DNA of 64,000 nucleotides from Deltaproteobacteria bacterium. Its GTDB lineage: Bacteria > Desulfobacterota > Binatia > UBA12015. Position 1 is the stretch's first letter. Every line of letters begins with the position of its first letter. The notes under the pieces were generated by a model. That model was not told where the DNA came from. It did no database searches and saw only the letters and a list, made by a program, of their open reading frames with translations. Shown one piece after another: positions 59,654-64,000 of the stretch. Made by a program: the position numbers and the translations under genes. The stretch covers positions 1-64,000 of the forward strand of contig JAYGCM010000012.1 in assembly GCA_046583355.1 (NCBI GenBank). Reading direction: 5' to 3'.

Positions 59654-60349
59654 TCATGCGGGCAACCCGAGGTGCTTCAACACTTCTTGAATATCCTTCC
59701 AGACATCGCGCTTCAGAGCGGGATTTCGCAGCAGATAGGAGGGGTGAAATGTAGGCATGACGGGAACCCCCTCGAACGCGCCCCAATTGCCACGCAGGCG
59801 TGTGATCGGGGAGGTCGTTGCCAGCAGCGTATGAGCGGCGAATTTACCCAGGGCGACAATGACCTCAGGCTGCACCGAGGCGATCTGGCGCGCCAGAAAA
59901 GGCACACAACTCTCTACTTCGTCGGCCTCCGGACTGCGGTTTCCCGGCGGCCGGCATTTGATGATGTTGCAGAGATAGACGTCCTCGCGGCGCAGCTTCA
60001 TCCCTTTCTGAATGATATCGGTCAGCAGCGCGCCGGCTTTGCCGACAAAGGGTTCGCCCAGGCTATCTTCTTCCGGGCCCGGGGCCTCGCCTACGAAAAC
60101 CACCCGTGCGGCGGCATTACCCACGCCGAAGACCAGGGTCTGACGGCCCCGTGAGAGTCGGCAGCGCTCGCAATTGCCGAGATCGGCCCGCAACTCCCCC
60201 AAAGACTCGGCCGGCGCAGCGGGCGCCGATGGTTCCATCAGGCCCGGCGGCAGCGGCAGCCCCGGCGGAAGTCCACGCACGCCGGTTTCGGCATAACGTT
60301 TCAGGTGTGCTCCCAGGTCACGCGCCAAGGCTCTGATTTCCATCGACAT
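59654..60349 (-). CDS. Uracil-DNA glycosylase, family 4
   Basis: [32 protein letters not shown]. Confidence 0.95.
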   Translation of the reverse strand: MSMEIRALARDLGAHLKRYAETGVRGLPPGLPLPPGLMEPSAPAAPAESLGELRADLGNCERCRLSRGRQTLVFGVGNAAARVVFVGEAPGPEEDSLGEPFVGKAGALLTDIIQKGMKLRREDVYLCNIIKCRPPGNRSPEADEVESCVPFLARQIASVQPEVIVALGKFAAHTLLATTSPITRLRGNWGAFEGVPVMPTFHPSYLLRNPALKRDVWKDIQEVLKHLGLPA

Positions 60350-60396
60350 CCGAAATCAATCCTACGCCATCAGGAAGCGAAGTCGAGCGCGCGCAT

Positions 60397-61590
60397 TCAG
60401 CTCCGGCGATGCAGCAGACGAATGCGGTCGAGGATCCGGTCGGCGACCTGATCTTTGCTCAACAATGGCAGGTTCGCCACGGCCTGCGCGTCGATCAGCG
60501 TGACTCGATTGGTCTCAACATCGAAGCCCGCATCGGGTGCGCTTACGTCATTGGCGACGATCAGATCGAGCTTCTTGCGCTCGAGCTTGGCGCGCGCGCG
60601 GGCCTCGAGGTCTTGGGTCTCGGCCGCGAAACCGGTCACGAAGAGGCCCTCGCGGCGCGGCACGCAATCGGCAACAATATCCCGAGTGCGGGCGAGATCC
60701 AACGCGATTCCACCCTGCACCTTCGCTTCCTTCTCGGCCGCGCGGTGCCGAGGCGCATAATCGGCCACCGCAGCCGCCGCGATGACCACGCTCGCCTCCG
60801 GCGCGCGGGCTTCGACTACCGCGGCCATCTCGGCGGCGGATTCGACCCGCAATATCTCCACGCCACGCGGCGCCGCCAGCGCGGTCGGCCCGCTGACCAG
60901 CAGAACGCGGGCACCGCGGCGCAGGGCCGCACGGGCCAATGCGTAGCCCATTTTCCCCGACGAACGGTTGGACAGATAGCGCACCGGATCGAGTGTCTCG
61001 CGCGTAGGACCGGCCGTAATCAGCACCACCTCGCCCACAAAATCATCGCTTGCCAAGGCGCCGGCTAATGCTTCGAGCAGGATATCGGCATCGGGCAGAC
61101 GCCCGGGACCTTCATAGCCACAGGCCAATATCCCCTCGTCCGGCGCAACGATGCGCACGCCGCGGCCGCGCAGGGTAGCGAGGTTGGCCTGCACGACTTC
61201 GCTCTCGAACATATGCACATTCATCGCCGGAGCGAGCACCACCGGCGCGCGGGTCGCCAACAACACGGTCGTCAGCAGATCGTCGGCGATACCGGCGGCG
61301 AGTTTTCCGACTACATTCGCCGTAGTCGGCGCCACCAGGATCGCGTCAGCCGAATCTGCCAGGTCGATATGGCCGATCTCGGATTCCTGGGTCAGGTCAA
61401 AAAGGTCACGCGCCACCGGCTCGCCCGAGAGCGTTTGCAGGGTGAGCGGCGTGATGAACTCCTGAGCACTGCGCGTCATCACCACCCGCACGCGCGCGCC
61501 CTCTTCGCGCAAGGCGCGAATGATTCCCGCCGCCTTGTAGGCCGCGATGCCGCCACTCACGCCGAGAATAATGGTTCGCTCGGCGAACAT
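60397..61590 (-). CDS. coaBC: Bifunctional CoaBC
   Basis: GGIAAYK, APAMN, LACG, DPVRYLSNRSSGKMG, AAVAD, GFAAET. Confidence 0.97.
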   Translation of the reverse strand: MFAERTIILGVSGGIAAYKAAGIIRALREEGARVRVVMTRSAQEFITPLTLQTLSGEPVARDLFDLTQESEIGHIDLADSADAILVAPTTANVVGKLAAGIADDLLTTVLLATRAPVVLAPAMNVHMFESEVVQANLATLRGRGVRIVAPDEGILACGYEGPGRLPDADILLEALAGALASDDFVGEVVLITAGPTRETLDPVRYLSNRSSGKMGYALARAALRRGARVLLVSGPTALAAPRGVEILRVESAAEMAAVVEARAPEASVVIAAAAVADYAPRHRAAEKEAKVQGGIALDLARTRDIVADCVPRREGLFVTGFAAETQDLEARARAKLERKKLDLIVANDVSAPDAGFDVETNRVTLIDAQAVANLPLLSKDQVADRILDRIRLLHRRS

Positions 61591-62597
61591 CAGCCGGGCT
61601 CCGCGTCAGATTTGTCGCTTTGCACACTACGGCGCAGGTCCGAGAGCGAAAGATTCAAGCGTGACATCGACCAGAGACCCATGGAACAGATGACGACCAT
61701 CTGCACGATCCAGTTGAGAACACCGAAGGTAAAGCCCATCGATTTGTCGACGCCGAAGAGCGAGAGGGCAATCTCCGAGCCCACCCAGAACACACCGATG
61801 AAGCCCGGCGCCGAGGGAACCGAGACCGCCACCGCGACCACTACTGCCGTAGCGATGCCCAAGGCGACCATCGGTGCGTCAATATGAAGTGCCATGGCAG
61901 CGGCCATGAACCCGCCGGCAGCCGCCAGCCATACCAGCAAGGAGAGACCCATCACGCGCACGAACATGCGTGGCTGGCTGATGCCGGCGAGTGCCTGCAG
62001 GCCACCGTGGCCCCCCTCGCGCACGATATGGCCGAGGAAAGAAGGCAAGCGATCGGCGATCCAATCGAGTTGCTGATCGAGCCAATCGGCGAAGTAGACA
62101 ACCACGATGAGAATGGCGAGTACGCCACCGACGACGGCAAGCAGTGTCGGCAGTTGCGCACGCAGGAACTCGCCCTGGGGCACCAGGACCACCGCGACCA
62201 CCCCGAGGATGCCGAGCATCAGCATATCGCAGATCCGCTCCAGGGCGACCGAAGCGAACGCCGCTGGCGCCGAGATCTCGCCTGCCTGCGCGACCACCAG
62301 CGGTTTCAGAATTTCGCCTGCCCGCAGCGGCAAGACCATATTCCCCATGAACCCGATATTCGTCGCATCGAAGACTGGCGTTTTCTCAAGCGGTCCCAGC
62401 GTTGTGAGGATCGCGCGCCAGCGCCAGGCCCGCAGGACCATGGCCAGCACAGCGGAGAAGACCATCGGCAACACCCAGAGAACGTTCGCGCCGGCGAAGT
62501 CACGGGCGAAGCGCCCGAACTCTACATCAGCCACGCTATACCAGACAGCAATCGCCGAAATGGCAAGCGAGACAATGATCTGAATCGACCGCTTCAC
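61590..62597 (-). CDS. Lysylphosphatidylglycerol synthase-like TM (flippase-like) protein
   Basis: LRAWRW, GFMGNMVLPLRAGE, LERICD, VPSAPGFIG. Confidence 0.85.
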   Translation of the reverse strand: MKRSIQIIVSLAISAIAVWYSVADVEFGRFARDFAGANVLWVLPMVFSAVLAMVLRAWRWRAILTTLGPLEKTPVFDATNIGFMGNMVLPLRAGEILKPLVVAQAGEISAPAAFASVALERICDMLMLGILGVVAVVLVPQGEFLRAQLPTLLAVVGGVLAILIVVVYFADWLDQQLDWIADRLPSFLGHIVREGGHGGLQALAGISQPRMFVRVMGLSLLVWLAAAGGFMAAAMALHIDAPMVALGIATAVVVAVAVSVPSAPGFIGVFWVGSEIALSLFGVDKSMGFTFGVLNWIVQMVVICSMGLWSMSRLNLSLSDLRRSVQSDKSDAEPG

Positions 62598-63664
62598 GTA
62601 GACAACGAAGCTCCTGCTGCGGAGCCAAGCCCCAGGCCCAGAAGCAACTGACTCGCGGCGCGCGTGAAGGCCTCGGCCGCCGGGGATTCCGGATGCGCGA
62701 GCACAATCGGCGTACCGTCGTCGCCCTGCTCCCGGACGGCGACCTCAAGCGGCACCTGCGCCAGCACCTCGACACCCGCGGCCTGCGCCACGGCAGCGCC
62801 GCCGCCCGCACCGAAAACGGCATCGTCTTCGCCGCAGGCGGGGCAATGGAAATGACTCATATTCTCGATCACGCCGAGGAGCGGAACCTGCAATTGACGA
62901 AACATCGCAACGCCGCGAATCACATCGCGCAAAGCGACATCCTGCGGCGTCGTCACCAGAAGCGCCCCATCCAGGCTGACCTGTTGGGCCAGCGTAAGCT
63001 GCGTGTCGCCGGTTCCGGGTGGCAGATCCACGACCAGCAGATCGAGCCCACCCCAGACGCAATCGCCGAGGAATTGCTGCAGCAGACCGGAAACCATGGG
63101 TCCGCGCCAGATCACCGGCGAGTCATCATCGAGGAAGAAGCCCATCGAAATACAGCGCACACCATGGGCTTCGATCGGGTGGAAGAGTTTTCCTCCGGCC
63201 GCGCGCGGACGGCCTTGGGCGCCCATCATGATCGGCAAACTCGGCCCGTAGACATCCGCGTCGAGCAACCCGACCCGCAGGCCGCGCGCGGCAAAGGCAC
63301 AGGCGAGGTTGGTCGCGACGGTCGATTTACCAACCCCGCCCTTGGCCGAGGTCACAGCCAATACCTTGCCTACATCCGCCAACCCGGCCAAGCCCTCGGT
63401 GGCGCCTTCGGCGGCGGTCGGCTGATCGAGCGCCAGGGTAAGGCGGCGGCCGGTGCCGGCCAAAGCGGCCTCAATGCCGGACGCGATTTCCTCGGGAATT
63501 TCCCGGCGACCGCCCGGCAGGCGCAGGCGAATGGAAATGGCTTCGTCCGCCACCTCCACATGAGCCACCATGCCCAGCGAAATGATGTCACGCGGTGCAC
63601 CGCGCGGCTTTACCTTCGCGAGCAATGCCCGCACTTCTGCTTCGTCGATCTTGTGGTCGGTCAT
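62594..63664 (-). CDS. mrp: Mrp/NBP35 (ApbC) Fe-S carrier ATPase
   Basis: SAKGGVGKST, DADVYGPS, WRGPM, DLPPGTGD, ENMS..CPAC; ATG at 63664 with AGGAGG RBS. Confidence 0.95.
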   Translation of the reverse strand: MTDHKIDEAEVRALLAKVKPRGAPRDIISLGMVAHVEVADEAISIRLRLPGGRREIPEEIASGIEAALAGTGRRLTLALDQPTAAEGATEGLAGLADVGKVLAVTSAKGGVGKSTVATNLACAFAARGLRVGLLDADVYGPSLPIMMGAQGRPRAAGGKLFHPIEAHGVRCISMGFFLDDDSPVIWRGPMVSGLLQQFLGDCVWGGLDLLVVDLPPGTGDTQLTLAQQVSLDGALLVTTPQDVALRDVIRGVAMFRQLQVPLLGVIENMSHFHCPACGEDDAVFGAGGGAAVAQAAGVEVLAQVPLEVAVREQGDDGTPIVLAHPESPAAEAFTRAASQLLLGLGLGSAAGASLST

Positions 63665-63743
63665 GTACTCGGCTACCTCCTGAGCGTATAGCAGCCGGCC
63701 CGAAGGCTTCCTACCTTCGCCAAACGCTGCCCGTTTGGAACCA

Positions 63744-64000
63744 ATGACACTCGCCTCGACAGACTCCGCAATCGCGGTGCAAAAGCAGCCCGGTCCAGTC
63801 GCTCTTGCGCTGGTTGCCAACGAACTCGCTGCGGTCGAAGAGAAGCTGCGCGAGCTCACCGAGTCCGAAGAACAGGTACTGACCGATGTCGCGGGCGATC
63901 TCATTGCGGCCGGCGGCAAAAGAATCCGCCCGGCGCTGGCATTGCTCACCTTTCGCGCCGCCGGGGGCGAAGACCCCACCGACACAATCGATGTCGCCGC
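63744..64000 (+). CDS. Polyprenyl diphosphate synthase (5' part; runs off the window)
   Basis: Manual translation MTLAST...DLIAAGGKRIRPALALL; not in the ORF track. Confidence 0.85.
   Translation, partial: MTLASTDSAIAVQKQPGPVALALVANELAAVEEKLRELTESEEQVLTDVAGDLIAAGGKRIRPALALLTFRAAGGEDPTDTIDVA

Noticed and set aside
62594..63985. Apparent N-terminal extension of Mrp
   Set aside because: Overlaps the divergent polyprenyl synthase; an AGGAGG RBS supports a start at 63664

Overview
GC-rich bacterial chromosomal segment. The gene content (deltaproteobacterial-type housekeeping genes, TonB receptor, LLM oxidoreductases, sulfatases, TrmI, PlsB) suggests a Gram-negative Deltaproteobacteria-like lineage such as Ca. 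Binatota, but this is an inference. Most of the window is core genes: gltX with five CCA-less tRNAs, recN/nadK, rarA, rnz, exbBD, pepP/pepA, moeA, an NtrB/NtrC-type pair, plsB, trmI-lon, queA-tgt-yajC-secD, nfeD/SPFH, UDG, coaBC and mrp. The most notable locus is a Rieske / split cytochrome b (b6-like + subunit IV-like) / octaheme cytochrome c operon at 37.7-43.0 kb. It contains two membrane microproteins (27 aa and 57 aa) that the ORF track missed. Accessory regions are a toxin-antitoxin islet at 26.6-28.4 kb (ParD with a broken ParE, a MazF-type pair, a 165-bp MITE-like palindrome), a frameshifted minimal nucleotidyltransferase, an internally deleted TonB receptor and a sulfatase/LLM catabolic cluster. 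secD is followed by a terminator-like hairpin with no secF. No CRISPR array, rRNA, integrase or transposase was seen. All calls come from motif recognition by eye; no database searches were run.
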